A stretch of DNA of 64,000 bases from the NCBI GenBank assembly GCA_037379345.1, contig CM074521.1, forward strand, positions 35,798,704 to 35,862,703, given 5' to 3'. Source of the DNA: Perna viridis (Eukaryota). The translations under genes were made by a program, and so were the position numbers. Below the pieces are notes generated by a model. The model was not told the origin of the DNA. It was given only the letters and a program-made list of their open reading frames with translations, and did not search any database. Positions 23,001 to 36,629 of the stretch are shown here, piece by piece. Within the stretch, counting starts at the first letter, position 1; each line of letters starts with the position of its first letter.

Positions 23001-24897
23001 ATTTTTATTAACAACTCCTAAGATAGAGATAGAGCTGTGATTGTCCCTGCTTTATCAAACCAGTTTATGAGGAGAACACTATGTTGTACAATGTGTTATA
23101 AATTCAAAGTAATTCGACATTGTTATTATGAAGTTACAATATTGTTTGTTATAATGATGTTATAATATTGTTTTATATTTTAGCATGCTGTAGTTAAAGT
23201 ATTAGAATATCACATAAACTGGTTTGAAGCAACAGGATTTACAGACCGACAGGTAATAACAGTACTTATTTTTGTGAGCAGTTTTTTTCATGATTGATGG
23301 TTTTCAAACATTTTCAATAGTATTTAAGTTTGGGTTTTGATACTTCATGAATATTTAAAGGTACTTAATTTTATGAATAATTACTGACTGAAAATAAACA
23401 CACCACGAAAGTACAAATACAGTACCTAAGACCTACACTCTGCAAAATATATGAAGCAACCAATAAAAGATTTTTTTTGTACTATTGATGTCCTTTGAGG
23501 TGAAATATACATTATTTTGCAATATTAACCCAAGAACACTCTAGACCTTCTGTTAAAAAAAAATTTCTGAGCTTTTGCGAAGTTTTATATCAAGTTGTTG
23601 CTCTATATGTACATACACTTTTTTAAGCTTAACCAATGATATTCCTGTATTCCCAGGGTTGTTGGTTTTACTCATTACTGATATGTCTAGAGAAACCTTT
23701 GTCTCCAGAAGCTTGTGCAACTATCAGGACTTTAGCAAGATCATGCTCAAATCTTCGTGCATCTCTGGTGAGTTTTACATAGAAAAAAAACAATGAATGT
23801 TAGAGTATTTTTACTGTGGTTGACATGATTAATACCTAGTTAAAGGTTTACATCAAAGCTATCTACCTGTCTGAGCAAAAGAAAGAAAATTACATACACA
23901 TGGAAAAGGATATCAAAATATATCATAATATTTTAAATAGTTAGTGGAACAACAGTATTAGTAGGTTGTTCATTATCTTTATATACCGGTACAACCAAAT
24001 ACTTAAGCACATGTTTTAACTTTATGAATACTTTAAGGGCCACCTCAATCAGAACTCTTTTGTAATACCAGTCTCACTAATTAATGACAAGAAGTGTCAT
24101 GAAGTGCTAAGAACCATCAAGATGTCTAGAAAATGCAACAAGAAGGGGAAATAGTGACAAGAAGATTTTTAAATATATCTTTATATTCAACTTTGTCCTC
24201 TTACAGGTTACACCTGCCTTTTGTAATTTATTTGAAATAAAATTTATTAAAATATATGAATAATGATTAAAATGTACTATATGTATATATGTGTGTGTTC
24301 TGAACCGCAAGTGCACTTGTTCATTTACCTAAAACTCTGGTATTTTAATATGGTTTGTCTTCAGAACTAATTTCCCAACAAAAGTAAAAGGGACGACACT
24401 GATTGCAATGTGACATTCTCATAATGTAAACATTAAAAATACTCCAATTCTCTTTTGCTATTTCATTAGATTTTTTTAGATGTTGAAGAAATTCTTTTAA
24501 AAAATCAATGGGGACTTTTATTAGTTATTTTACATGTCACTTCCTGACAGTTAATATTTTTTGTTCTCATTATTATGCCTCCCACTAAATGTATGCGCAT
24601 GTTGCTGTCAGCACTCGCTAGTTGAGCTGTACTAGCTATTGTTCTGACTGTCAAAGCCTGTTGTTAATCAGTCTGTGGTATGTCGTGTGGTTCCAAGATA
24701 AATAGGCAGTATTAGGTTTAATGTGTTTGGCTAGACTTGGTTAGTCACTGCCGCATCATTTCTAGTGACCAAGCTATTTATATTTTCTTCTTTTGCAGGA
24801 AAGTCCAGAAGATACCAGATTAGCTCCCCTTAATTTATTTATATGTATTGTAGCCAGGTATTTTGATCAGAATGACTTAGCAGATCCTGGGACTTGA
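8066..24897 (+). CDS. GEMIN2: Gem-associated protein 2 (SMN complex, snRNP assembly), 8 coding exons, 269 aa
   Basis: Exons 8066-8199, 16394-16481, 17763-17855, 19085-19141, 22262-22420, 23184-23252, 23657-23767, 24799-24897. All GT-AG, phase-consistent, 810 nt. Motifs [67 protein letters not shown]. Confidence 0.95.
9371..12212. mobile_element. Putative non-autonomous hAT-like DNA element
   Basis: CAGGG...CCCTG ends and repeated tcgcca subterminal motifs at both ends. TIR and TSD are degenerate (ctgcaa / ccgcaa). Confidence 0.45.
9879..11591. mobile_element. Non-autonomous element with ~300 bp TIRs and TTAA TSD (Kolobok-like termini)
   Basis: ttaa|GGTTCAGCTAAAGTCA ... TGACTTTAGCAGAACC|ttaa. 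Inverted similarity runs from 9879-~10180 against ~11305-11591. Confidence 0.8.
14323..14390. repeat. 16 bp minisatellite (ctccctgtagcataca), about 4 copies
   Basis: Direct tandem copies. Confidence 0.9.
15228..15460 (-). pseudogene. Degenerate CR1/L2-type reverse transcriptase fragment
   Basis: LF.IFLNDIF...ADDNTL...[13 protein letters not shown] resembles the LINE RT YADD region and the segment after it. Confidence 0.65.
15483..16151. repeat. Compound AGACT/AGAC/AGAAT simple satellite, ~670 bp
   Basis: Continuous agactagacagactagaat-type units. Confidence 0.97.
16459..17297 (+). repeat. Array of 9 copies of the GEMIN2 exon-2 donor junction plus a ~185 bp inverted repeat pair
   Basis: GT of (c)at|gtaagttagc at 16482 (real), 16537, 16583, 16834, 16880, 16935, 16990, 17045, 17091. 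IR arms about 16627-16813 and 17110-17297. Confidence 0.92.
17405..17701. mobile_element. MITE, CAC...GTG termini, TA flanks
   Basis: TIR cacagccaaatgtgccaca / tgtggcacatttgcctgtg; internal atcatatg repeats. Confidence 0.8.
19170..19720. repeat. Degenerate ~45-55 bp minisatellite
   Basis: The unit aaattgatgtaatcagatgtatttatcag recurs about 10 times just after GEMIN2 exon 4. Confidence 0.88.
19988..21825. repeat. Diverged direct duplication of ~450 bp (19988-20450 vs 21371-21825)
   Basis: Collinear shared anchors caggtcaaatg, aaataaagctgagaatgtgtact, gtgagtaatttgcct, ttagaagtggt. Confidence 0.85.
22395..22728 (+). repeat. 63 bp tandem array of the GEMIN2 exon-5 donor junction (5 donors)
   Basis: cag|gta at GT 22421 (real), 22484, 22546, 22609, 22672. 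Confidence 0.93.
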
Positions 24898-25445
24898 TAC
24901 TTGAACAATCAGATGTTGTCTTAGTAACAACTTCATGTCAGTATACATGGACCAGCTTAGTGACAGGCATTAGAGTGAATCGTTATGGACGAGGTTGCAA
25001 TAATTCATTTAAATGTTATCTAGCTGTGATTAAACTGATTTTGGTTGGATTAAAGTCTGTCTTGTTGAATTGTATACTTTAAGTGAATTTTAGGTAGAAC
25101 TTTCATAATATTTTTCATATTTTTAAAAACTAATTTAGTGACAGACAGTTGTATGCTGTTATAGGTACAAGTGTAATTCAAGTTCAATTGTATATGTACA
25201 TTCAGTGTTCTAGTGTTTTAGAAGATGGGAAGCTCAAGTAAAAATAAAAATTTACTATCCCACAATGTCTATTATTCAAACTTCAAAAATCTTTTTGTTA
25301 ATTCATTTTTGCTGCTTACCAAAAGTATAGTGGAATATAATTAATTTTTTGTTCACCAATTTCTCTTGCTTGGCATGATTGAGAGTGGGAATCCTAGAAC
25401 ACTGATTTAGTCCCTTATAAATCTTTAAATTATGTCTGTTGAATG

Positions 25446-26165
25446 TGATAGAGTAATCAAGGGAACCAAGGTTATAGCGGTAATCAAAAAAATGTAATCC
25501 AGGGACAAAGACCCAACATGGAAAACAGACATACACAACAAAGAACATACAGTAACTAAAATCATACATACAAAGTAACTCGGACTCCACTAAAAACTGG
25601 AACCATGGACCAGGTGCACCGGTAGGGTAAGCGTTCTCTGCTTTTCTAGAAACACCTGCCGAGTTGCTCATAAAAAGTCAAGTCCGGGGTAGACAAACGA
25701 GGAAAGGAAAACTGACCCGTTGAATAAATCAGTTTTCATGGTGCAGATGGATACACCATAACGATCCACGAGTTCATGATGACGACCATAGAACTTCTGT
25801 AGTGATGACTTCAATCTTGTAGCAACATAACCCTGTTCCAGAAGCCTATTTGTTAGAGTTCTAGTACGATACAAAAAGTCTGCGTAGTTTAGGCAAGCTC
25901 TGGCATAATGTACGAGTTTTGATATGAACACTCCATATGCAGGTGCTGAAGGGATGTTGCCACAGATGAAAGGAAAGTTGACAATTCTGAATGAAAAATC
26001 ATCATGTTTGTCGTAAAGTTGAATTTCTAAGTGTAGGTCAAGATAAGAGGCCGACTTCACAGTGTCTGTAGTATCTTTTATCTCAAGTTCTTTTGGGTAG
26101 ATGTGATGTAGAAATTAGGATTGTTTAAAGATAATACGTCATCTGTATAGCAGAAACTGAGTTTG
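25446..26165 (-). mobile_element. Penelope-like retroelement fragment (RT C-terminal part plus downstream repeat)
   Basis: YTDDVLSLNN, then SASYLDL...[34 protein letters not shown]. Related pieces at 32520-32930 (+), ~16190-16310 (-), ~21090-21215 (-), ~60590-60810 (-). Confidence 0.8.
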
Positions 26166-29100
26166 ATTGTATGAAATGTTATTATGCTTGTCTTTTATTT
26201 TTCTTCTCACATTTTTTTGGTTTCTTTTTTGCTATCTGGTTTTTATTCATATTAATGTGAAGGTTGGTATCAATTTCATAGTTTTTCAACTCTCTTTAGT
26301 TTGTCGCATGACAATAAGTTTTAAATTTGTTGATTTGAGTAAAGCCTGTCGGTTATAGCTGAAATATGGTACAAGTTATCATGCAATAGAAATACTCAAA
26401 ATATCTAAGCATTCCCTCCAATAGAAGCTGAAAGGTGTAAAGGTCAAAGGAACTGACATGGTGATAGCAATACAAATGTAAAGCTCACTTTTATGAGTAT
26501 GGGTATAAAAATAACTAAATTGTAAATCGAGGTCAAAAAACTATTTATTAAATAACAAAACAAATAATATTATTAATATTGACTTCTAATGCTTAACATA
26601 TTTCTTTTGTCTTAAAAGGTAACACCTTTTAAAAAATTTCAGAGCTGTTGAAAATGGTTAGGCCTACAGAACCAACTCATTTCGACAAGGTTACAGAAAT
26701 CTGATTACTGCAAAACATGATGTCAAAATTTTTGGCACAGAATAGAAATGTTTTGAGTTCAACGGCTCCAAACCTGCATTTCCATGTTACTCAACTTCTA
26801 ATACTTTTCTTTCACAAATCTCCAAATCCATTAAAATCATAGTACATGTAGTAGAATTGCACTGAAGTAACTAACAAAAGGCTCAGTTAAAAAAGGAAAG
26901 CAATAAAGACATCCACTGCATCAAAAGTTGACATCTCTTAAGTATTAAGCATATTGTACATATTGGAAAACAGTCAACAAGTACTATACAATTCCAGTGT
27001 TATTATTTGCCTCCATCCTCATTTCATGGTAAAAATATGTGTCATTTTTTTACCAAGTACAGCACATGTTCATATGTACTGACTAGTGTTTTAATAAAAA
27101 ATGAAGAAAGAATCAAAGTCATAAATGATTAAATTTCAACAGAAACACAATAACCAAGACATGGGATAGCAACTGGGGAAAAAAATGTCTACCTCAGAGA
27201 TCATTTCTAGCAATTATTTGAATTTGTAAAGTTTTTTATCACGGGAAACAGCCTTTTAAGGCAAATAATATCACTGTAGAGAAAGATCTTCATCTGTTAC
27301 AGGCTGTCCAGCACCTTATGCAAAAATAAGGGCTAATTTTCGGACTAACAAAAATTTTAGGGCTAATTTAGTGCCAAAATTAGGAATTTTACAACATAAG
27401 AGTAACTAACACTGAGAAAATTTTGTATCTTTCTTTCATGTCTTTTGTAAATTCCTGACAGAACACCTGTTTACCTGTGACCAAGTAAACATTTATAGAC
27501 AATTAGGATGCACACTCTTCATTACAAAATCAGCAGTCATTGAAACAAAAACTGCAAGGATAATTTTCGAACCTCCTAAGACTAGTGAAGTAACATGAAA
27601 ATTTAGAAATTCACATGAAAAATGGAGGTTTTTGAGGAATTCCTTTTGAATGTCAAGTTATTTTATGAAATTTAGCCAAACTGAAAACATAGGAATTTTA
27701 AGGGAGGCAGTCTGATGTTGCATACATGTACATGTATCAGTGTTAATGGGATTTTGTAGTGTAGTATCATGCACAGCATCTTAGGAGTTATTTAGTTTAA
27801 TACATATATGAGATGGATACCATCTGAAATATTCACAAAATCAATAAAATGTAAGAAAATCTTATCACAGTTTTACAGATGATTTAAATAATACTAACAT
27901 TGTCATATAAATGATACATGTATTTTAACATAGAAAAAATCAAAACTTAAAATTTCATGTTTTGAATTGACACACACTTTCTCTATTGCATTTAAAATAC
28001 ATAAATACATGTATCTGTTGTAATTAAAGTAAGCACCTATTATGCAAACACTTTTCTAAGTCTTTATTTTCATCAATAAAATTTGTAATTTTGTAGTAAC
28101 AATTGGATGATAAACATGCAATAGGACAAACAGTTTGGGCTTTGATGGATTAAATTGTGAAAAAAAGTTAGAGAGGTATAATTTTTTTATATTGAAAATG
28201 AGAAAATATAATAAATGGGCTATTTATTCTCAATGACACTTACAAAATACATAAAAAGTCACATGAAAAAACATAGTCACTATAACTGATGACCTCCATA
28301 AGAAGAAAATAAAGAAATGTAGGGGAATGACCCTAACTATTGTTACAAAATGGCACATTAAACTTCTGTTACAAAAATTAAATCATTTAGTTGTCAGAGA
28401 TTTTTAAGTACATTTATACAAATTAAAAAAAAAAGCACTTAATGCACAATAATTATCACTGTTATGCTCAAGTCAACATAATTTAGCCAATATCTCTATT
28501 GTTACCAGGGTACAATTTCATAAAACATCTCGTATTGAGATTTTCCTCAAATCCTTCCTCAACTCAAATTTCCAATATCAGATCAATTGAAATTGAAGAT
28601 TTGAGGAAAAACACATTCTCAACTGAAGATTTGAGGAAAAACACATTCTCAACTGAAGATTTTTGTTTATGAAACCCAGTTATCTCAAAGCTATAGACAC
28701 AGGTGCTGTTGGTATCAATGCATTAAACTATTGAAAACTAATAATAGTCAACCGTATCCATGGTATTTACTCATATGACGTGTCAGTTGGTAACATATTA
28801 AATAAACTTTAGAAGGATAATAAAATTATTTGACCTACTACTGATAGCCAATGATGTCAGTGATGGACTAAAGTTACTTTCTGTCATTTTATAAACACAC
28901 CTATCTATAAATCAGCATTGTTTTTCATTTTTCCATTGTTCTTACTATGTAATATTTTCTTTCTCCGGCTACCGCTGTGATACTAATAAATATTGACATG
29001 TCACATCATATTAACTGTGACCACCTGGATAAACAGAATAATGCCAGTTTTAACATCTCGAAAGAATATCACATCTCTCCCTTCCAGGCCTAATCATGAA

Positions 29101-29824
29101 TGTGATATTTTCTCTTTCAACTTACTTCAAAACTGCTTTTATTTTGTATGTCTCAGATTGTTCTTATGCTGGACATTAACTTCAATAAAAATATATCAAG
29201 TTTTAATGAGAACAAAAAGAGTTTAAAATTCTGACTAAGCTAAGACTTCAGTATTAATTCCTGTAACTATGACAGTTAAGGTGAATAATAATTCAGAATA
29301 TTATCAGACTTGTGTTGAAATATGGTTAAAATTTATCTTGAAGTTTAAAAAAAAAGAAAGTAGGACACAATACTACTAAAACAATTAAAATATCTTAGTA
29401 AAATCATGTCTTAATTAGCCTGAATAACATATGTAACCTAATATAGCTTAGAAGTGATCACTTTATCTACATCTGTTTTATTTTATTTGAAAATTAAAAA
29501 TTAAATTTTTCTTAAAAATATTGGCTAAGGTAGCCGATTAGGCATATTCAGAAGCAGCAAATTGATTTCTAGGGGCGAGCTAGGATCAAATTCCAAATAA
29601 AAAGGTAAGGCAATGATGTATGCTTAAAAACAATCCAGGATGAACAATTAGGTAAATCCAGAACAGGCTAGAGTACAAAATAAAAAGTCAAGTCAGAAAT
29701 TATACGGAAAAAAAATCAAGGATACAAAATTTGATCCTATCCCCCTAGAAATCAAATAGCTGCTTCCTAACCTGCCTTCACATTTAGTGTTTAACAAAAC
29801 AAATGAATTAAAACAAAGCTAACA

Positions 29825-32800
29825 TCAACTGTTGTACAATAATATTTTAGGTTTTTGCTTTCGTATAGATGGTGCTCCATATTGCTCCTGTGCTCGCTTC
29901 AAGAATGAGTTGACCATTTCAACCACAACTTTGTCAAAGAAAACAGTTGCTAGCTGAGAGTGTATGGCATGTCTGAACTCAAAAGATACCTGCAAAGAAA
30001 ATTAAGATTAACAAATGAAGATGAAGTTCTCTTGTTTAAGTTTTCATGCACATCACTGAGTACATCTAAAATATATATGTACTACTGTGGATTGTACTGA
30101 ACAACTGTTTGAAGATTCATTTCAATACAATCAGTAAACAAGCACAACTTACTGACAAATACACAAGCACAACTTACTGACAAATACACAAGCACAGCTT
30201 ACTGACAAATACACAAGCACAGCTTAATGACAGAGACTGTAATTGTACTTATTTTCCCACAATACTTTTTTTTTCATGCTGTCATGCACTATCCACAAAA
30301 ATTGGTACAAGCAAAAGAGTATTTCAACCATCATTCTTTATGCAAAAACTACAATTTCCGCAAATTTAAGTACCTGCAAAAATTAGTACAAATACAGTAG
30401 GTAAAAAATAATATGTCTCACCAAGAAGTAAATACACTTTCTTACAAATGACAAATAGCTTTCCAATGAGAGAAAAACCAAATACAGGAGTCTTCAGATA
30501 TTTAAATTAAGACATTTAAATGACTAACCTTGCTGTTTTAATTCTAATGAAAGTCAAAGGTAAGTATGAGAAGGACAAAGGACTCCTTTTTAGGAATGTT
30601 GGGACACATTATGATAAGTGATAGAAAATATACTCACAGAGAAATCCAGTACACATGTATTTGGATTTTCTGATAAACCAGGACTGAACTGCCATGTTGT
30701 TAACAAATGGTTGAATAGTTTACCATCAGTGCATTCAGACTGTAAAATATTACAAATAATTGTAACAATCAGGCAGTGGATAAAACATGGTATGTAATAA
30801 CTCAATACCTTGACAAGGTAATATGACTATTTGAAACATCAGGATCAAGGAATAAAGACAAGATTTTCTGCTTCAATTTAGTAAAATGAGTTATAATTAC
30901 ATTGAAATGCATTGCAAATGAACATTTCAAGGGCACATAACTCTGTCAAAAACATCAATTTTATAACATTCTATTATAATGAGCAATTTTCCGACAGAAC
31001 TAGTGATGTAGAGATCAAAAATGCATTTCAGTGAAAACTTTATTGACAGAAAGTATATTGTTACAATGTAGATCAGTAGGTTTTCGACATGCATGTTTGA
31101 TTCTTAGAAAGAGTTGTGTGTAATTACATGCAGACATAGTCAATTGATGACATTTATGCCTCGTTAAAAAGTTTTCACTGTCACCTTGGAAATTGATAAG
31201 GTTCTAGATATTAAAAAAAATTAGTATATGCCAAATTTGGTCCAAATATGTTGATGTATATTCACTGTTGATTTATGAGAGTTAACAAGAATTTTAAGGA
31301 CGGACAGACAGAAGAATGGCACTTTGTTTTGTAATTTAATTTTATTATCATTCCCAGGTCCTCATTTTCCAGTGTATTGAATAAATCATTTTTTATGTTA
31401 CTTCTCAGTGGCTAAACTTGTACAAAAATTTTTGTAACACTGTTACTATGTTGGTGCACAAAAAAACACCATTAAATCTATCACCAACTAAAGGAAATGA
31501 AAACAAGCAGAAAATTCCTGAATACATGTGTTCAAAGTGTCATTAATCCCAAAAAACAGTAAAAATGACATTTTCATTAAAATTATCAAAAATTTGTGTA
31601 TATATAAAAAATGTTGTGCGAGGGTTTCTTCATCATTTATTGAAGACCCATGGGTGGCCTTGAGCTGCCATTTTCATCCCTGTGAGGTTGTTGTCCCTTT
31701 GACATATTCACAATATCCATTCTTGTTAAATTTGAAAAAATTGTGAAAATACCCATGCAAGTATGATGTTCCAATAACAGAAGACAAAATTTTACAAAAG
31801 AATTCTTACTCGAACCAAATTAGGTTGGGCTATGGTAACACAAGAAGTGTATCTCTCTGACAAAGGAGGGAATCCAACCTCTAATTTACATTTAAAACTT
31901 CCTGGTTTCCTGCTATAAACCTGTGATTTTTTACACCAAGGAACAAATTCAGTGTATTTCTCAACATCTGCAACAATTTCATACATCTGTTCCATTGAAT
32001 ACCTATATATAAGAAAACAATTTTTTTTATAATAAGGACTTCCTACAGTTATAATGCAATAATGAAGCAATTAATTAAGAAATAAATCGCTGAAACAGCA
32101 TTTTATCATTGTTTTACCACTGGATGGCAATTTATATTGTATTGTTTTACCCCAAGCTATAGCAAGGAATTGAAAATGACATAAATGGCCCATGGTAAAA
32201 AATGACATAAATGGCCAGCCCATGGTAAAAAATGACATAAATGGCCAGCCCATGGTAAAAAATGACATAAATGGCCAGCCCATGGTAAAAAATGATAAAA
32301 TGGCCAGCCCATGGTAAAAAATGATAAAATGGAGTTTCTGTGCTTTATTTATATTCTAATTATTAAATAGGACTAGTTTATTCATATTTTTAATAGACAC
32401 AGCCTATGAGTTGCATGACATGCTGGTCATGTGTTTATCACTTTTTTTACAATGGCTGTGGTCTAAAGAGCTTTGATGCAAGCCATACTCAAATAAAGCA
32501 TTACATATCTAACAGTTCTCAATGGTAAAGAGAAACTATTGACCAAACTTTACGACAAACATGATGTCTTTTCATTCAGAATTGTCAACTTTCCTTTCAT
32601 CTATGGCAACATCCTTTCAGCACCTGCATATGGAGTGTTCATATCACAACTCGTACGTTATGCCAGAGCTTGCCAAAACTTTTTGTATCGCACTAGAATT
32701 CTTGGTGGGTGTTTCTAGAAAAGCAGAAGACGCTTACCCTACTGGTGCACCTGGTCCATGCTCCTAGTTTTTAGTGAAGTCCCAGTTGCTCATTTGCTTT

Positions 32801-33812
32801 TGTTACTTTGTATGTATGATTTTAGTTACTCATGTTCTTTCTTGTGTATGTCTGTTTTCCATGTCTGGTCTTTGTCCCTGAATTACATTCTTTTGATTAC
32901 CGCTATAACCTTGGTTCCCTTGATTACTCTCTCAAATATATGTAGGCCAATACGCCAATATACATAGTAACACTGAGCAATGCAGAAATTTATTTTAATG
33001 ACCTGCCAAGCAGCTTTCTGATAAATGATTTCAGTTAATAGTTATAATGAACATACAGTTATATAAATGAATTTTCAAATCAGTGCTAGTATACTATACT
33101 TTCAAATCTTATGGGGAAGGCAAAATTTTATGTCTGAAAATGTAGATCTAAAATAATCTTTATTAAATAAGTAAATATAAAATGTACTGGTACATATGTA
33201 AAAGAATATAAATATTTGTAAGTGAATAACAAAAAAATTCTCATAAGTGTTTACTAAACTATTCAACCTTGGTAGAAGCTTCAAAGTCAGTTATAATAAA
33301 TATGAATTCAGACATTTAGTATTCATATCCAGACTGAAAGCCCAAAATATTACTGGCACTTGTCTTCCTTAAAATATGCTACTGTGTCATAACTTAACAA
33401 TTCATTACAATTTCTTATAAATGTTACACTGTTGATACATATATGTAAGTCAGGGATATCATCTGATAATTACTATAGATGCCTACCTAGTTTTTTCCTT
33501 CTGGGGATCAAATGATTTGCTTCTGTGTAGCCCAAATATATATATATACCTCTTGGTAGCTTCTAGTTTTGTTCATCTGAATCTTTTCTTATTGAAAAAC
33601 CTGTTCTGTTCTGTAATTTTTTTAATATGTACATATAAATTTCTTAGCAAACTTGCCCTAGTAGTCTCCGCTCAGAATAATCTTTTCTCCTGTTTGTATT
33701 GGGAAAAGGACCAGGAATTTTGGGCATCTGAAAAAGAGTCCTGTTCTGGACCATACAAATATCATCATGGTTGTGAACTCTGAAGCAAGAGGAGCTGGCT
33801 AATACAATGCGT
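29825..33812 (-). CDS. COQ10: Coenzyme Q-binding protein COQ10 homolog (START-like domain); N-terminal exon unresolved
   Basis: Exons 33812-33657, 32002-31810, 30739-30638, 29989-29825, phase-consistent. [12 protein letters not shown]|[26 protein letters not shown]...[14 protein letters not shown]...[16 protein letters not shown]...[19 protein letters not shown]. Intron 33656-32003 is GC-AG. Confidence 0.93.
30136..30232. repeat. ~23 bp minisatellite, 4 copies
   Basis: acaagcacaacttactgacaaat units. Confidence 0.85.
32173..32332. repeat. 30 bp minisatellite, about 5 copies
   Basis: ccatggtaaaaaatgacataaatggccagc units; these explain the repetitive 70 aa ORF. Confidence 0.92.
32520..32930 (+). 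mobile_element. Internally deleted Penelope-like fragment
   Basis: Homologous to 25446-26165 (ctttacgacaaacatgatg...gcacctgcatatggagtgttcatatc...gcttaccctactggtgcacctggtccatg). Confidence 0.8.
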
Positions 33813-36629
33813 CTGGAAAAGAAAAAAAACTCCTTAAAATATCAAACTGAAAGGTGTAGTTTGGGATGGATGGCTGAATCTGTTAACGATGAGATCACAT
33901 ATCACATATGTCTGTTTAACAAATGGTTGAAATCCATACATGCATGAGAAATTTGGAGTCAGTTGTGTGACCTTTGCCCCCTGGACCTGCTGGGCCCCCA
34001 GACCCCCTGCTGTAATTTTGCTTACACTTCAAATTGGCCTCAGCTACGCGCCTGAACAGGCATAACTTTTCTAATACCGTATTGTTAGTATATGAATCTT
34101 ACCTCAATGGTCTGCGTGATTATTTTTTCTTCAATTTTCTCTATAATTTGAATGACAGATTCTTTACACATCTCACTCATAAAAATATAAAGAATTTAAG
34201 TTGCAAACAAAAAAATCATTCAAATGGATTATGATGTTATTTTTTGAATGACACCGTAATAGCGAGCACCACGAAGCGGTGTGAGCTCTACGGTTGTTAC
34301 ATGTATGATCTAAATTTCCCTTAAGGTTCCCCAATATACTAACGAAAAAGAAGTCCTGTCCCGGAAGTAACAAAAAGTAACTGTCCTAACAGAGAAAATT
34401 CATTGCTTCCTTAAACCAAACAAATAAAAGTACATAGGTCAAGATTAGGTTTTAGTAAAAATAAATTGATCTTTTCTGATAGTTTTCGAGTCTTTCTCTA
34501 TTTTTTTTACTAATTAAAAGAAGTGAATAGGATGTTTTTAAAGAGTTCGGGAAACACATGGATGTACGTACGTGTATCTTCGCTGTTCAACTGTAGCTGT
34601 TGTCAAGAACCTAACCCGCCTTTGAAAAATTCAATTATATTATCCAAATCAAAGCATAGCTTTTCTAAGACAGGAAAGGCAATCATTTTCTTGTTTGGAA
34701 TTTGCAGCTGTTGTCTAAATTTTGTTTACGTCACATGATATGTGTAAAATATTCCCACCATCCGTGGAGAACTGTAATATTTCCAATCTCTGTACAGATT
34801 GATCTGACAGGCCGAAACTGAAAAGGATGTTGCTAGAGATGCCCTTCAGGGATAGAATATGTAAAGTATTGTGAAGTGCTATAAAGTTATCAACCATTTT
34901 GAGAGCGAGGGAAAAAGGGTTATGGGGTTTGAATTTTGGGGGAAAAAATTCTCAAGTTATAAATATTAATTTATTGAAAAAAAAAACTCACCCACTGATT
35001 TTAGGCAGATCTTCTAATAAAAATATTGATTTGGCTTGCTGCTCAGAAATAAACTAAAATATTGCATTTGTGAAGCAAACATTTTCATTTGGGTCGACCC
35101 CAACCCCTTTGTACTGTCCTTTATCATTTTTACGATACTCACACAGATGGTACGTGTATGGTAAAGCTCACAATGCTCGCTGATTTAGGCAATGCCTACC
35201 CCATATTAATGATTAGCTAAGGCCAGGTAAACTTAAATGGTAAATTCGCATCCAACCTTCACAAAAAAATGGAGTGTGTGGGAGGATTTTACTTTTTATT
35301 TTTTACCAGATATTTCCTATCCATATTTTAGCTATTTGAAGTGTAGATATGTTCTAAATCCATAGCCAGGTCAATTTCAGAGAAAATGTTGTTTAATCAG
35401 CAAGAAATGAAAGATTTGTGTGTTAGAGTATCTGAATACTAGAACCTTATTTTAAATTCCCACCTTAATTTTGTTTATTTTTGTCAAAACGTCATAACGT
35501 CAATGCAAGATGAGTTTTAGTGTGACAAAAGTAACGTAATGATTCGCAAAAAGGTAAAAAGTTGTTCTTATAACATATTTCTCTTCATTTCTTTACCTTT
35601 CTCGACTACTTTCTCTATGAAATTGTCTAAGAAATCGACAAAGAGAATTCCCTTGTCGAGAGAACTTTCGTAAGGTTGCCATTAATCGTAGACCTTAACC
35701 TTGACCTTCTAGTTTAATTTACAATCGGAACTACTTGGACATTTCCACTACCACATTCAACCAGTAAGAGTAATTCCGATAGGCATTTATATGGATAAAA
35801 GCAAGCATTCAATAATTTATGGTGCTTGTAAACTGCAAAAGGGAAAAGGATCACTCCGATATATTCATATTGGCTTTCTTCTCCGAGAAATTAAGTAAAC
35901 GTTTTTGTATGAATCATGCAAAATTAGAATTAGAAGTTAGTCATTAAAAGTTTTTTAAAATACGAGTTATCTTCACATAAAAGAACATTTTTTTCTCAAT
36001 GTCCCAATCACAAGAAGAAAGGGTTCATGAAAACTTTTGTGAATTAATAATAAATGTATTCTAGAAATGAACATATTGAAAATAAAAACATGTGCATTTT
36101 CAATCCATAGATTGTTCTTCGGTGGACAGTAAGTTTAAAGTTCTACATAACCATACAATACATGATAAAGGAACAAGCAATGATGATGTTCTATGGCATT
36201 GTACTTACCCTAGATCAGAAATTTTTATGGTTGAAGTGTTATAAATTTGGTAAGGCATAATCTTTCGATCAGTCATTTAAGGTCTGTTCATAAATTTGTT
36301 ACAAAGCCATCTAATTGGTAGAAAACAGTGTGTGAAAATAGGTTCTAAATGCGGTATCTTCCTAGATATATACAAAGGTGTACCAAGTTTAAAATTTTCG
36401 TTAATGATCATGATCGATATATTTGATCTTGTGAAAAAACGGAGACTTGTGCAATTATGTTGATAATAATACTTTATCATATGGTAGCAACGATGTGATT
36501 GATGTAGTAGAAACTCTTGAAGAACAGAGTATGGCTTACTGATGATCATATGCAAGCATATCCTGATCAATTGCAGACGATTTCAATTGGCAGAAAAACT
36601 CATGCATGATAAAACATAATGTTTCATAT

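Noticed and set aside
25446-25680. Hammerhead ribozyme expected near Penelope-like fragments
   Set aside because: No CTGANGA...GAAA core with supporting stems seen in these fragments.
34582-34900. Coding-looking insert upstream of COQ10 (60 aa ORF)
   Set aside because: Stops in the frames examined and no recognisable domain; cannot be assigned without a search.
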